Program-made: the position numbers and the translations under genes | The notes under the pieces: model-generated | What the model was told of the DNA's origin: nothing | The model's database searches: none | Seen by the model: the letters and a program-made list of their open reading frames with translations, nothing else | NCBI RefSeq assembly: GCF_964355755.1 | Contig: NC_092676.1 | Coordinates: 28,166,871-28,230,870, forward strand | Source of the DNA: Antedon mediterranea | Lineage: Eukaryota > Animalia > Echinodermata | Reading direction: 5' to 3' | DNA length: 64,000 bases | Shown here: one piece after another, positions 24,558 to 39,500 of the stretch | How the letters are laid out: each line of letters begins with the position of its first letter | How positions within the stretch are numbered: the first letter of the stretch is position 1

Positions 24558-27500
24558 TTACACCGCCGTTACGTTCATTTTTTCACGTTCAGCAATCTCT
24601 GCCTCCTTGGTTTTTTTCTTCATAAGAGCATTTCTTCGATGATTGCTAATAAAAAAAAATGTAATCATGTTATCCACTCAAGGTTGTTTTAATTTTTTAT
24701 TTGCAGGTTAGAGTGGCAGGGGTGTGGGGGAGGAAGCAGAATAATGTTGCTGAATATCAATGTTGTGGGTAATAATGGATGTTGATAAAGATAACATTGA
24801 TAAAGATAATGTTGATGATGATAATGTAATGATAAAGATTATGTTGATAAAGATTATGTTGATAAAGATAATGTTGATAAAGATTATGTTGATAAAGATT
24901 ATGTTGATAAAGATTATGTTGATAAAGATAATGTTGATAAAGATTATGTTGATGATGATAATGTAATGATAAAGATAATGTTGATAAAGATTATGTTGAT
25001 AAAGATAATGTTGATGATGATAATGTAATGATAAAGATTATGTTGATAAAGATTATGTTGATAAAGATAATTTTGATAAAGATAATGTTGATAAATCACA
25101 ATAGTAAAAATGACCACCCAAAATAAAAACGATATCATACCCCAAAAATAAAACAAGGTTTTGTAAATATGTGCTATTAACACCACATTTGAACTATACC
25201 AATAAAGCAGACATCAATGGGTAAGTACTAGGGTCAACAGACAGTGCAGTGATAAGAGGGATTTATTTTTTAAATCAACAAATGAACACAAACTTGGAGG
25301 AAACAAAAGCGAATCTAAAGTTTAAAAACATTTCTTTTTAAGAGAAAAAAGAAATTGTGGTAACCACAGAATTGCAAAATAATGCAAAGAACAGTGAAGA
25401 TTAACAAATTGTCCCATTTCATTATTCCTTACAGATGATATTTATTATCAATAAGTTTTAACTAGTATCAACTGAAATCTCTGACCAATATAAAATTTAA
25501 ATAAATGAATTAATACATATACGGTATAATTTCATGATGCATTTATACAAAATATTTCATTCTCTCTTAATTCATTATAAAGAACTATACTGTATATTGG
25601 TATGATAGAGTTTGGTTTCCTATGCTAGAGGTCTGACATTTGGATATTATCAAAGAGCATCAACAACACTGCATTTAAATAGAACCTCTGTTTAAAACAG
25701 CTTTCATATTATTTCATCATTTGTACATTTTTATGCTGGTATATATATTTATTATTTTTATACGCATAAAAAAACTGAATGCAGAAAAGATATAAAAAAT
25801 CAGAACCATTATTTGTGTAACAGTGAAAATGTATCTTAATTTTTATTAAATGATTAACAGAACAAAATGCTTTGTAGTGTTTCATACACAAGTAATGTTA
25901 AAAAGGTGCATGAGGTTGTATGTGACGAAAACAATGCAAAGTTCTACTAAACACCAAGCAAAACCACTACGAAGTAAATAATTGAGAAATCTAATTAGAA
26001 TGCTATGGCAGATCCAGAATGTTGAAATAAAGTTCAATATCTAACCAAAAATATAATATAAAATATAATGAAGTAATAGGGCCTAATGGTTTTGTTTTGG
26101 TGTTTAGTTAGACTTAAGCACCGTCTTCACTATCAAACTACTTAACTACAAAAAAATTGTGATGTGCCCAAATATGGTAGTGATACAGTTCCCAAATATG
26201 GTACTGATATGACATCATCATGTCCATATATATGGGCACATCCCACTTTTTTGTCACATACACTTTGATAGTATAGACAGAGCATTAAGCACCGTCTTCA
26301 CTATCAAACTACTTTGACAAAAAAATTGTGATGTGCCCAAATATGGTAGTGATACAGTTCCCAAATATGGTACTGATATGACATCATCGTGTCCATATAT
26401 ATGGGCACATCACACTTTTTTGTCACATACACTTTGATAGTATAGACAGAGCATTAAGCACCGTCTTCACTATCAAACTACTTTGACAAAACAAGTGTGA
26501 TGTGCCCAAACATGGTAGTGATGTGTCTAAATATGTTAGTGATATGACATTATCATGTCCATATATGGGCACATAACATTTTTTTGTCACATAAAGTTTG
26601 ATAGTGAAGAAAGAGCTTTATAATATTATGTGACAATGCATTCAAGACCATTTTCGTGAGTGAAGTTGAAACAATGTTGTACAAAATCTTCAAAATAAAA
26701 CAAAATAATTAGAATTCACAGAAATGGATGAATAAATGAATAAATATTTGTGATTAAATGAAGACAAGCAAATACAAATGCAGTGCATAAGATATAAGGC
26801 TTGTGAACCTATTCGCTTCTTGAAACTCGCTGCCGATGTTTTTGTCACGCTATGACAAGTGAAAATATCAAAAATGAATTATAAACAGGATGTTGATAAC
26901 ATAAATGAAAAAAAAACGAATGAAACAAAATTTAATAGACTTGAAAACTTTTGTTAAAATTGATTAGTTAAAACATTTGAACAAGAATGATAAAAGGAAT
27001 TTTTTTTTCATTAATTTCTTTGAGATCCTAAAAAAATAAAAGATATTTAAAATTAAACTTATATAATTAAGAAAGATAAAAAGTTTTCAACTTTATCAAA
27101 GATTACTATAAATGATTACATTCTTTGTGAATCAAACATCAATCAATTGATGAAACAGAGAGAATCTATTTTTTTTATTACACAATAAATAAATAAATAA
27201 TCACACATTTACTCTATATTTTCATTAAAAAAATATATATTGTATTTTATGTTTCTTAACACTTTGACTGCCAGAGGTTTTTCCAGTTAGAAACTGCAAC
27301 CGCCAGCGTTTTTAGCCCAATTCGATGTTTTTATTAAAGCTGATTGAAACTATGTATGTGATCTGATTTATATGTAATTTAGACTAAAATAATCATAAAG
27401 ATTTTAGCTTTACAATGGTACAAGAACGATTTTTAAATCGCAATATGTAAATCGTAATAGTAAAATGAAAGTAACCCACTTTTTTAGTTTTTCGTAGTTT

Positions 27501-30500
27501 CGCGCAAGAAAGTCATCACAATATGAAAATATCGCCCGGTGGGATCAACAAACAACGAAAAAGTTACTTACACGCCACCGATAGGCCTATAAAAACAAGT
27601 TATCACTATCGAAAAATGTATTACATTTTATAAATTATAAATCTTACATCAATGTTTCGGCAAAATCCACATAGTAAAGACACCAAGCCTAGTTAACCAG
27701 GCCTAAAGTTGGTCCGGAACCGTTTTACGACTAGGCCTAGTACTACTAGCCTAGATAGTAAACTGATGATAATATCCATACCATTTTAAAACAAGTTTGT
27801 TGCGTGATACTCTCACTCACTTTCAGTAAAACACCAAAACAATTAGGGTATACATACAATAATCAAATTAAAGACTTCATATTGAAATTGACTCCATTAT
27901 TTTTTATTCAGACAACAAACAAACATGTCAATCCACAAAAACCTTTGTAATGCTTCAGCGGCATAGCTAGCGCGCAACGGATACACAATGCGCCAAGCCA
28001 TCGCACTACGCGCTACTGTGATGCGCGGTGTTTGTTATTTCGACAGGTACCATTTTGACAGTCGTTCGTAACCAGATTAGTTACTTTCAAATAGTAAAAT
28101 ATTGACGGTCCAGACCGAATATAGTCTTCATATTTATAGTATATACCAATAATTAACCTATCTACCGGATTTCGTAAAAAAACGCGAAACACGAAGATCT
28201 TCGTGTTTGGCATTCAAGCGTTGTGTTTCCAAACACGAAGATCTTCATGTTTGGCAGTCAAAGTGTTAAAACAATAGACCCTGAGCTACCTTAATATGTA
28301 TAATACTGAAGATTATACAAGGATGTAGGCACAATTCTTTAAGCAAATTGACCAATAAGAATTTTGAGCTCAAATGAGTCGTCACTAGTGATTGGTCAGA
28401 TTACTTGTATTCACTAGAGATTGCTTGTTCTTGGGAACCAATCTTAGATTAGAAGTACTTTGTATAATATATATTTGGCTTGAATAATAATAAATGATAT
28501 ACATACCGGAATATAAGAATGCAAAATATAACAAAGACAATAATCATCAAGAGACACACACCAATCACTATCCAAATCCAGATATCTAAAAAAAAAAAAA
28601 GTCTTTAAGCTTTGTCTATACTATCAAACTTTATGTGACAAAAAAATGTGATGTGCCCATATATGGTAGTGATATACCCAAATATGGTAGTGATATGACA
28701 TTATCATGTCCATATATGGGCACATCACATAAAGTTTGATAGTGCAGACAAGTCTTTACAATCACTGTTGGACATATGATTATATTATGACACCAAGTTG
28801 CTACACATAATAACTCTCATTTTATGTATAGTTTTAAAACCGAATTAATGAGAGTTGCAATGGCTTCATTAAAAACATAGTGCAATGTACTTCCACAATC
28901 CAACTTCAATCATTTTTAGGTGTGATTGTGGAAGATGTCTGGGTAAATTTCTAGTCAAATATTTTCTTTGTTTTTTGTGGATTGAGGAAAATATCTACTA
29001 AAAAAGCAGTAAAAAAAATGAATATTTTACTTGATTCATCCTCGTATGCTACTCCACTGCTATCATATGCACCATCAACCTTGCAAAGACCATCTATAAA
29101 TAGATTACAAAAAACAACTATAGTAAAAGAATGATAAATTGCATAACTGGGGATTCCTTTCAATTCCAAATCGACATAAGCTTACATTTATGGAATGACT
29201 ACACATGGTCGAGTTCCTATAACCAAATATTTTGTTTCATTAATTCAGAAAAACATTAAAATGCTTCATTTTAATAAATTTACAGTATCAGTTCACTTAA
29301 TAAACATAAATCAGTTGCTGAAACCCCATCTCTTTCGCATAGCATATGAAATTTCTACCTAGTTCGAGCCTTGTGGTCATAGCCCTTTAGAGAAAATTTA
29401 TTTTGGCTAAGCGCTATACAAAAGACAATTATTAGTATTATAAATCACAAAAGTAAAAACAAAAATATAGGAAAATTACAGAAATCTTGTATGTATCCGA
29501 CGTTACAATGGCATATGTCTTCTGAGCAGTGACTGTACAAAGGACAATGAGAATCCAGTTGACATCCCTCTAATGGAATGCAAACGTTGAAAAACACTGT
29601 GAAATGAAGAACAAATATTGCATTAATAAACTACCAAATATCCTGTACCAAGGATAATCTCATACTCAAATGAAATCCCATATTCAAGTGTAATCCCACT
29701 AATTGGGCCAATTTAGGCTACGTATGAACACCAGACATTAGTTAATTCTGTTGTTAATTAAATCCGAATATGATCCCACCCCCTAATTATTCACCATATT
29801 TTTGTAATTTTTAAAGATCTTTGCTTTGTCTACACTATCAAACTTTATGTGACAAAAAACATGTGATGTGCCCATATATGGACATGATCATATCACTACC
29901 ATATTTAAGCATATCATTACTACCATATTTGAGCACAAACAAACCATTTTTGTCAAACTAGTTTGATAGTGTAGACAGAGCTTACAAATGTAAAATCATT
30001 GTGAAGAGATCTACTTGAAGATTAGAACCTTCAATCTCTTACAGATATGGACAGCACTCACTTTGAAAACCATCTTGACATTGACAGAGTCCGTCAACGC
30101 ATTGCATGAATTGGTCTTCACAATCGTTGCTACATTGCATTTCTGATATTGGCTTTAATTTATGGATACATCCTCCAGTTACTTTTCGGCCATCTAAAAA
30201 AAAAACACTTATCATATATAATATGATTTCACATCATGCAAAGAGTAGAGTAGTAGTCAATTTTAGGCAAACATAAGAACATTTTAATAGCCCATCTAAA
30301 AAAAAAAATACTTTTCATATATAAAAATAATAAAAGAGTAAAGTAGACTGTCAAACAATTATAGGCAAATAAAAGGAAATGGAGAAAAATGATGGTGATG
30401 ATGAAACTGAATGTCAAACGAGGTCAAACCTTGGTCTTGGCACCATACAGCACGTTGCTTTGTATCCAGATTCCAGGGGGATGTATGCCACATATACAAT

Positions 30501-33500
30501 GGACAAATAGCTTCTGACACCAAACAGGACCTGTCATAGATACAAAGAATTACTTTTGAAGAAATCATCGCTAATGTTTACAGTGCTTGAGTTAGTACCT
30601 AGAAGGGAGGAGATAGAACTCCACTTGCCAGACAGTTTACTTAAAAAGTAAAAAAAAAAAAAAAATAGACACTGAATTCCAACATAAATTGTAATAAAAG
30701 CACTCAAAAACTGAGTGAAAGTGTTTAGCAAAATATATCCGAGAAAACATTATTAGGATAGAGGGCTTACTACTTGATGTTTTGGTCCATGTTAAAAGAA
30801 TACAGAGGGCGTGCTATTTAATATCTAGTATCTTTCATACGGTACGTCAGATTTTAATATAATAAGCTTTTATAGCATGACCGTACCAATATATCAATTT
30901 TCCTGTACGTATATACCTATTAACACCCAAACATTCAGGACGATAACTTAAAAATTGTGAAAACTATCGTGCTAACAAACAAACGAAGCAAAATACTTGG
31001 GAAATTGTATTTACCTTTCTTCCTGCATCGCATCAGGGCATTTCAATCCTCCTGTTGTTGCCGTCTTGATAATAGCTCTAGTACGTACTTTCACTGGGCT
31101 AGTTGACTCGTCACCATAGCAATCATTTATACAGGGGGTAAATGAACTCCAGTTGGTCACCTATAATAAGAAGTTGTTATTTTTATTCTTTTCTATCAAA
31201 GTTTCATAGCTATCAATGCAATGATATAATAACAACAGTTTGTGTGATTGAAATTGTCACATATATATATATATTACTAATATAAAAGGGCTTGTTGCAC
31301 ATAATAGTAGTGATATGCATAATCAGGGCCCAAACATGGTTATGACATTATGCATAATCAGCGCTCACACTAAATATAATATAACAATGCATATTCAGGG
31401 TTCATTAAATTCATTAAAATGTTATATGTATGCATTGTAAGGGCTCATACAGTATTTAAAATATATGCATAATCGGGGTTCACAATGAATATGTAATTAT
31501 GCAAAATCAGGGTTCACAACAAAATGGCATATATATGCATCACACACATGAAAAATATATACTGGATTATATACATATTCTCAATTCTGCTGGCTGTTTT
31601 ACTTTATCGTTTGGATTTAGCTTTTTGCTTAAATATTTTATTTTGTATCTCCATTGAGATCCAGCAACTGATAACCACAGCATATAATGTTTCAGTAATT
31701 TGCCTTTAGATTTATATATATGAAGGGCTTTACATAGTAAAAGTTTTCAAAAGATCTTTATAGGCTTACCTGACAATCCCCAGGACAAGGCCTTCCACAA
31801 GTCTCAGATGTGTGGATGTCAAGTTGAGTCTTATTGGCTGACGAAAGTTCAAACTCAATGTCTGTTACAGTTGAGGGATCACCTAAAAAATGTGTTTTAT
31901 TTGAATTTAGGACAAAAATACTTTAATTGATTGGTGACATAAACATTGGATAAAGTTCAAAGTTCATTTTTAAACTATAGATCTACTGTATCAACAAAAA
32001 AACACAAAAACAAAAGTAAAACTAAGATTTTCATACATACGATTTAATATTAATGCAATAAGACAGTCTCTTTCAGCTCCGAGTGCGTCATCACTGCGAC
32101 GACATTCCACTGACCTTGTACGAAGTCCTGACCCGCACCCCATTTCCAAGTTGATACTGCAGCTACTCCACTCTCCTCGTTGGAACTTGTACTCATAACA
32201 AGGAACAACGTTACAAGGCTTGGTCTATTTATGAAAAGTAAAACCGTTTACTGTATTTGTTTTATGTCACTAATAATTGAGAGTTAAATTGAGAGATTTA
32301 ATCTATTATCAAAATCAAAATAATAATACACACATGAAAATAATAATATAATATAATTAATAATAGAATTATATTCTAATAAAGATTTACTACATTTTTC
32401 TAGACGTGTTGTTAAGTTGTGGAATTCTCTTTCGGCTGATGTGGTGCTTTGTCAGTCCATAAATTCTGGGCCAAACAGCCCACTAAAGTTTGTGATATTT
32501 CGTTCAAGAGAGGCTTTTAAGCATGTAGTGCTTTGCCTTAACTCCAACTTTTTGCGGGAACAAGTAAACGAATAAGTACAACTATTATCACCTGCACAAG
32601 AGAGTGACTGTTCTTTGGACATCTTCTACCAAGTCCTGTATTTGCTTCCAAAATGTCACGCTCTCTGTACATGTGACCTTCCATACCACATTCATCACTA
32701 CATTCAGAATAATCACCATATCTTCCGAGGACACAGTCTTGTGTACAGATAACTTCACAATCTTCCATAGAGGGTGCTTCAATATCACCGCATCTTTTGA
32801 GATCATAATTTATTCCATTGTTGTCTATACAATGTATTGTTCTTTGTCGTTTACCTTTGAAAATAATAAACATAAAAGTATTTTGAATAAGTATGAATAA
32901 TAAATAATAAATACATAATAAAAATGAATTTATATAAAAAATATATTCAAAGACATACTATAAAAAATATGGAAGAATACACAAAAGGATACAGTATATT
33001 AAAATATATAAAAATATACTACTGTATATGCTATAAAAATGAAGTACTGTCACAGTAGGCCTACAGTGGCTTACGAAAATTTGAAGCAAAGAACACACCT
33101 TTGCCACAATCACCGCTAATAGCTTTACAAGCCTGCCATTCTCCTAGTTCCACTGATAATGACTTTGTAGCGCAGTCTTCCACGCTGCATGGCACAATCT
33201 CTTCTAACGACTGGCAAGGCTGGCCATTTGACGATGGCTGACGTACAAGGGTTCTGGTTCGAGTCTTCACAGCATCTTGTGAACATACTGCAGGGCATGG
33301 AGTAAAACTGGACCACTCTGACAAAACGCAGTCACCTAAATGAAAGATTATTTTTATTTCAGTTTTTTTGACACACTTGCATAAAATTGAATGAGTTAGG
33401 CAACTTTTAAAATAAAAAGTATTCTTTATAAATGGGTTACACCTGAATATCTCAGTAAGGTCTAAAAAATTGATGAAACACTGTACAATATTACTTTAAA

Positions 33501-36500
33501 AATGGTTTTTGTTTTTACCTGCACAAGGTAGGTTGCACGCCACATTTGATTGTGGTCTAGTTTCTCTTAGTTCACACTCACTCTCATACTCTTCTCCAGC
33601 TCTACACCGTACAGATCTACTTTGTGTTCCTGTTCCACAATCACTACTCACTGCCTTACACGAGTTCCACTGTTACACAAAAGAATAGAAACGCAGTGAT
33701 CATATAAGTTTATAAATAACACAAAATAAAAGATTTTGATGATAATGATTGCAATCAGAAGGTTGATGAAAGCAAACATTGAATTGTTTGTTACTAAAGA
33801 TTGTACATAAACGTACCTCGGAAACGTCCCATATAAACTCATCACATGACCTCAATTCACAAACAATTGTTTCATCCAATGGTGGACATAAGCGCCCTCC
33901 ACGATTCATTTCTTGCGTAACTGTTCGATAGCGTGTTTTTGTTCCTGAAATCACCAACAATTTGCATTTTTGACAAATAATAACAGAAATGTTTTTTATG
34001 AATAATTTTTTTACAATCTTGATTTTCAAACAAATAGAGTAATAAACATATTCAAATGTAATGAAAGTTTGTACCAAAGATCATAGTCTCAACTCAAATT
34101 ACATAAGCTACAAAAAATGAATTTGATGATAATATACTTTACTATAATGTACTTTCATACCAAAAAAGAATATGAATTATAAATACATAATCAAGATTTT
34201 TGTTGAGACTGACCTTGTCCGCAATTGTGTGAACACACTGTCCACTCATTCCAATCAGACACTTCACAATCCTGTGAGCATTTTACTGTACAAGTTTTGG
34301 AGCTAGCTGGAACAGCAGAAACTTCATCACAATAGTGTTCAGGTACGTGGAAACCATCGCTACGAAGGCACAGAACCGTACGCCATTTACGACCGTCTCC
34401 GCATAAGGCATTACCCTCTATGGACAACAATAAGAAATTTTGTCAGCAATTACAAAGATACTAAATCTTGCAATTTGTTGATAGGTCAGAATATTTTTTA
34501 ACTTTTCGTTTGTAGTTTTGATTCAAATGAGTGGCCATCAGAGAGCAGTGGTCTTTAATTAGATGAAATCTGTCATTGAGTAAGAAGACCTCTAAATACT
34601 GTTGATTATCAGTAATTTTCACTTTAAACAATAACTTACTATCTGTGAATGGTATACATGATCGCCATATGCCCTCCTGCCACATGTAAGTATAGTTAGG
34701 CCCTTCACATTCTTCACCGTCTTGGAAATCACGAAATGAAATGTGAGGGCAAAGGTTAAACTGATCATTTGAGTTGTCATACGTGATCCCCTCTGAAATA
34801 GAAATAGATTTATTAATTTGTTTATTTCATACACATCGAACTCGCCAATTACAGGATGGATAACTATGTTATAATTTATCGCGCTCATAAACTAAGTCTC
34901 ATTTGGGGCTTAGGGAGTGGGATTAAAAGAGTCATGAGTTACAACCCTGGCACTAGGTCAGGATTGGAAGGCAAGCATGTTAAACCACCAAGCTACAGCT
35001 CTACTACAAATTAAAATGAAAGCTATTCTCAGTAATATGTAGCAGTAGTAGTAGCAAAATAAAATTAATTACAAAAGTTTGGCTTACCTTGATGAAAGAA
35101 CGCTCTACTTCTTATTCTACAATAATCTCCCTCCACATATTGACTGCAGATGTATTGTTTCTGACACGGTCCAAAATTACCCCACTCCGTCAGACCACAG
35201 TCGCCTTCACACGGCATAAAGCACTGCTGACTTTCGTCTGGCGGAATTTCTAATAGCTCTCGCAAACAAACACCTACGTAAATAATGGGAGAATGTAATT
35301 TATGTAAAATTAGTTACTGGAAGTTCTTAAAGAAATAGATATAAGCTAAATGTATATAATCTCTTCAACACAGTAAAGAGGTTTCAAGAACCGATGTTAA
35401 GTCACCCTTTGTGGCATGCATCCATATTGGCACTCGCCCCTTGTTGCCATGCATCATTGTTGGCATACAGCATTAAATGGGTTATTTTTAACATACATTG
35501 GGTTATTGGGAAGCAACTAATAACGGAATAGCATAGGATACTTTTACTTATATTAGATAAACTGGTATTTCCAAAATCAATGTTAAAACCAAGCCCTATA
35601 ATTGATCATGAAGTACAGTAGCAACAGTCACAAGTCTGTACCAGCCAATACTTTTTTATGTAAAAAGACAATGAATTCACTTGCCTATCTCCATCACTTT
35701 GCCATCACTCCTAAGACAGTCAACCGTTCTGGTTTGTAGGCCTGTACCACAGCTGTTGCCAATGTGTTCACATTCATTCCAGTCGTTTGGTTGCCAGGAA
35801 TAGCTGTAACAAGGATCCACATCAGCACAGTCATCAGCTATTGTGATCACACCTTAAAAAAATTTAACAATCGTTAATGTTAATGATGTTGTCCTAACAT
35901 AAAACTACACTATCAAACTTTATGGGACAAAAAAATGTGATGTGCCTATATATAGACATGATGATGTCATATTACTACTATATTTGGGCATATGTATATC
36001 ACTAGCATATTTGGGCACAGCAAACTTTTTTTTGTCAAACTAGTTTGTGTAGACAGTTAAAAAACAGTATATAAATGTCGTAAATATAACATGGGGACAC
36101 ACCTATTAAGGGCACACTTTCCAGTAAATATTTAAACACTACAGCTAACTCCTTTATTAAAGGGACACTTATTTTGTTTTTCATCACCTTATTTATAGCG
36201 GGTGACCTTAAACAGCAGATCCTGAAAATCAAGTGATAAGTGATTATGTGTGACAGGGGCTGTGTGTGTCGACTAGTACACCGGGGAAACCCCCTACTCG
36301 TCTCGATGTACTAGGTTCTTTAAAGTGCACATGAGCTAGATGCATAAACTGGACCTACGGTTTATAGTCCTAATATCCAAAAAGACTCGTTCTACCACAA
36401 GAACCATGGAGCGAGTGAGCCTCAAACCCTTGCTGATGTATGGCAATGTATTACGGTTTCACTGTCTTAACTGCTTGGCCACCCACTGCTTTAAAAGTAG

Positions 36501-39500
36501 TTCTACTAAACATTACATTATTCCCACTTTTGCTTTTATGTATATTATATAAGTGCCTTTGAAAATGATCCATACTCAATATTACCACAATCCTTTGTAT
36601 TTCCTCATGTTCAAAAAACATTAACGAATTAAAAGAAAACTACATTAAAGCAACCATCTATTAACAATATTTTTTTAATATACTTTACCCTTTCATTTTA
36701 TGAAATACGCTTGGTCGCCATGGATACATATAGTCATTTGTGTTGGTAGTAATATATTCTGAATAACCATATTTTATTGAAAGAGTAATTGATGGACTTG
36801 AGTGATGTCAAAACTAGGTCGAATACTAATCATCAATGATAATAAATCTAATGTCTGTTCAATATTATTTAGTCTCTTTATTTATGGGTGGTGTGTTTAT
36901 GTATGTTTTTTATACATATTTTTCAAAGACATTTTTAGACATACCGGTAAGAATTACCCACTTTTTGTACTATTTTGGGTGGTGTGTATGTATGTTTGTA
37001 TACAATATTGAAATGTTCCTAAAGAAATGTTTAGACATAAGAAACCTACATTGCTGACTTTTTGTAAAATTTTGGGTGGTGTGTGTATGAATGTTTGTAT
37101 ACAATATTGAAATTTTCCTAAGAAATTTTTCTACATAAAAAACCTACATTGCTGACTTTTTGTACAGGTATTTTGGTATATATGCTTGTATACAATATAG
37201 AATATCTGAATTTTTCTAACATTTTTGTACATAAGAAATCAACATTGCTGATTTTTTCCCCTATGTTTATGCTTTATTGTTTTTTGTAAAGGGTCTTGTA
37301 AAGTAAAAAGACAATTTAACTTAAATTGAACTGAATGTTAATGACTCTGTTTTAAAAATGTTTTGTGTATTTTTGTTTTAACAGTGATAATATTTGTAGG
37401 AAATAAATAACGTTTGTAGTAACCAAGACTCCATTTGGTTTCTTGAAATCTACCCATAAAAATATCAAACAAATCACCATCTTCATCAGCCTCATCAGGG
37501 CATGCTTCACCGCCATAATGGTTGAGGGTGAAGATACGTTGTGTTCGGTATCGTGTGCCATTTCCGCACGACGCACTACATTGCGTCCACTCGCTCCACA
37601 AGCTTAGTCTACAGTCTATTGGGCAGATGACATCACATGGACGTGAGACGTTCGGTTTCAAAGATGGATCACACATTGACTCATCAATCGATGGTTCTGT
37701 AAAATTAAGCAGAATAAAAAATTAATCTATCTAGTGAAAATTGAAACCCATTCAACTGTCAATGAAGAAATACATCTACATCTCGAAGAAAAAATAAAGT
37801 TACTCTAAATAATATATGGATATCTTTTAATAAATTGCCTTTATATTTATATACATAAAGGATATGAATCATTTTTTTTTTAAATTTTTAAATTGTTGAT
37901 AGATATAATTACCAGAGTCCATTTCACAAAGAACTTTCCGAATTTGTGTTCCGTTCATGTGTCCACATGTTCCAAAATCATCAGAAACACATGTTTCCCA
38001 AGGATAGACTTGCCAATGATGTGAGCGACAGTTATCCCAATGTCCGCACACCCTTGTCTGATGTAACTCATCCTCAGATATACAAGGCTCTGCAGTGGAA
38101 TTGGAAAGGCCTAAAAAAACAAAAAAATAATAATTAACCAAAAAATCATTTAAACAACGCTAATTCACTAAGTAAAACATTTAATCCTGAGTAAATGGTC
38201 TGTAGTAAATTTAAAAAAATTAAATTTAAAAGGTTTAACGTAAAACTTAATATTACTGTTATTTTGTTTTGAATTAATTTGTTATGCGGCCTCACCTAAA
38301 ATAAGTCTTGTCCTCATCTGTATTCCACCTACAGGACCACATGTTTCCGAGCAAGTACTCCATTCTGACCACTCGGAAACAGCACAGTCTCCGGGACAGG
38401 GAATAGTGCAGGTCTGCTTCCGTTCTGGCTTCTCCATTCCGGTACAATTATCATTCGGTAGTACATCATTGAGGGCACTTTTACAGTAAACGCTGCGACT
38501 TTGTGTTCCTGCACCACAATCGCCATAAACGCCACTTGCAGCAAAACATGCGGACCATGTACCTGAAAATTGCATAAAAGCATTACAAAATAATTTGCCA
38601 ACAATTTTAACAAAAATCAAAGTTTTGTGTTCAGTTTCTGTCCCTTTTTTCTTTTAAGCATCTTTCTACAAATTTAATATCACTAGATCTACAGAAAATC
38701 AAACATGGATGCAAAAAAAGTAAGGGCAATCAGTTTTGAATATTGGGGTTGAAAGGACAAGGAAAAGTTAAAAATAATTAAATAAAGTGTTTTCACAGTG
38801 TCTAAGAGTCTGCACCAATAGCAATTAAAGCTGTGGCCATGGAATTGAGGATCATCCTAACTTTATTCCAGAAAAACCCCTTCCTTACCAGAATACCACC
38901 AGGAACAGTTCACAAGTAAGCACTCTTTATAGTCCATTGTAGCATCACATTCAGATCCTTCATATTGAGGCTCAACAAGAACTTTTCTGGTCCTAATGTG
39001 AACACCACCAGCACCGCAGGACTTTGTACAAGGACTCCAATTCTCCCATTCTCCAAGCTGGCAGTCATTAGGACAGTTCAGTTGGCAGGCTAGTCTGTTT
39101 GATGGTTTAATACCTGAAATTATTTTTAAAAATTACATTTCTTACCAATAATAATCAATCTAGTTCGATCAAAATAGTGTGATGTGCCCAAATAAGGTAA
39201 TGATATGTCCAAATATGGTAATGATATGACATTATCATGTCCATATGGGCACATCACATTTATTTTTCACAAAAGTTTGATAGTGTAGAGAGAGCTTTAG
39301 ATATAAATAAGCTGCACTAATGGTATCTAATAAGATAGATCAAAACAGTACTGTCTGCAAATTGGATATTTACTAATCTGCCTGTTAGAATTATTACAGA
39401 CGAAAGTGTTTTATACATAAAGCACGGCAATACAAATAAACATAAATGACTTAAGTTAAAGCATTTTAGTATTAACACTATGGACTGTATTATTATTATA

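Noticed and set aside
24760-25186. ORFs with IKIML / YQHNL repeats
   Set aside because: They are translations of the 15-bp minisatellite.
28916-28950. Alternative terminal exon giving a secreted THSD7 (KIYPDIFHNHT*)
   Set aside because: The acceptor lacks a pyrimidine tract and nothing else supports it; it would need RNA evidence.
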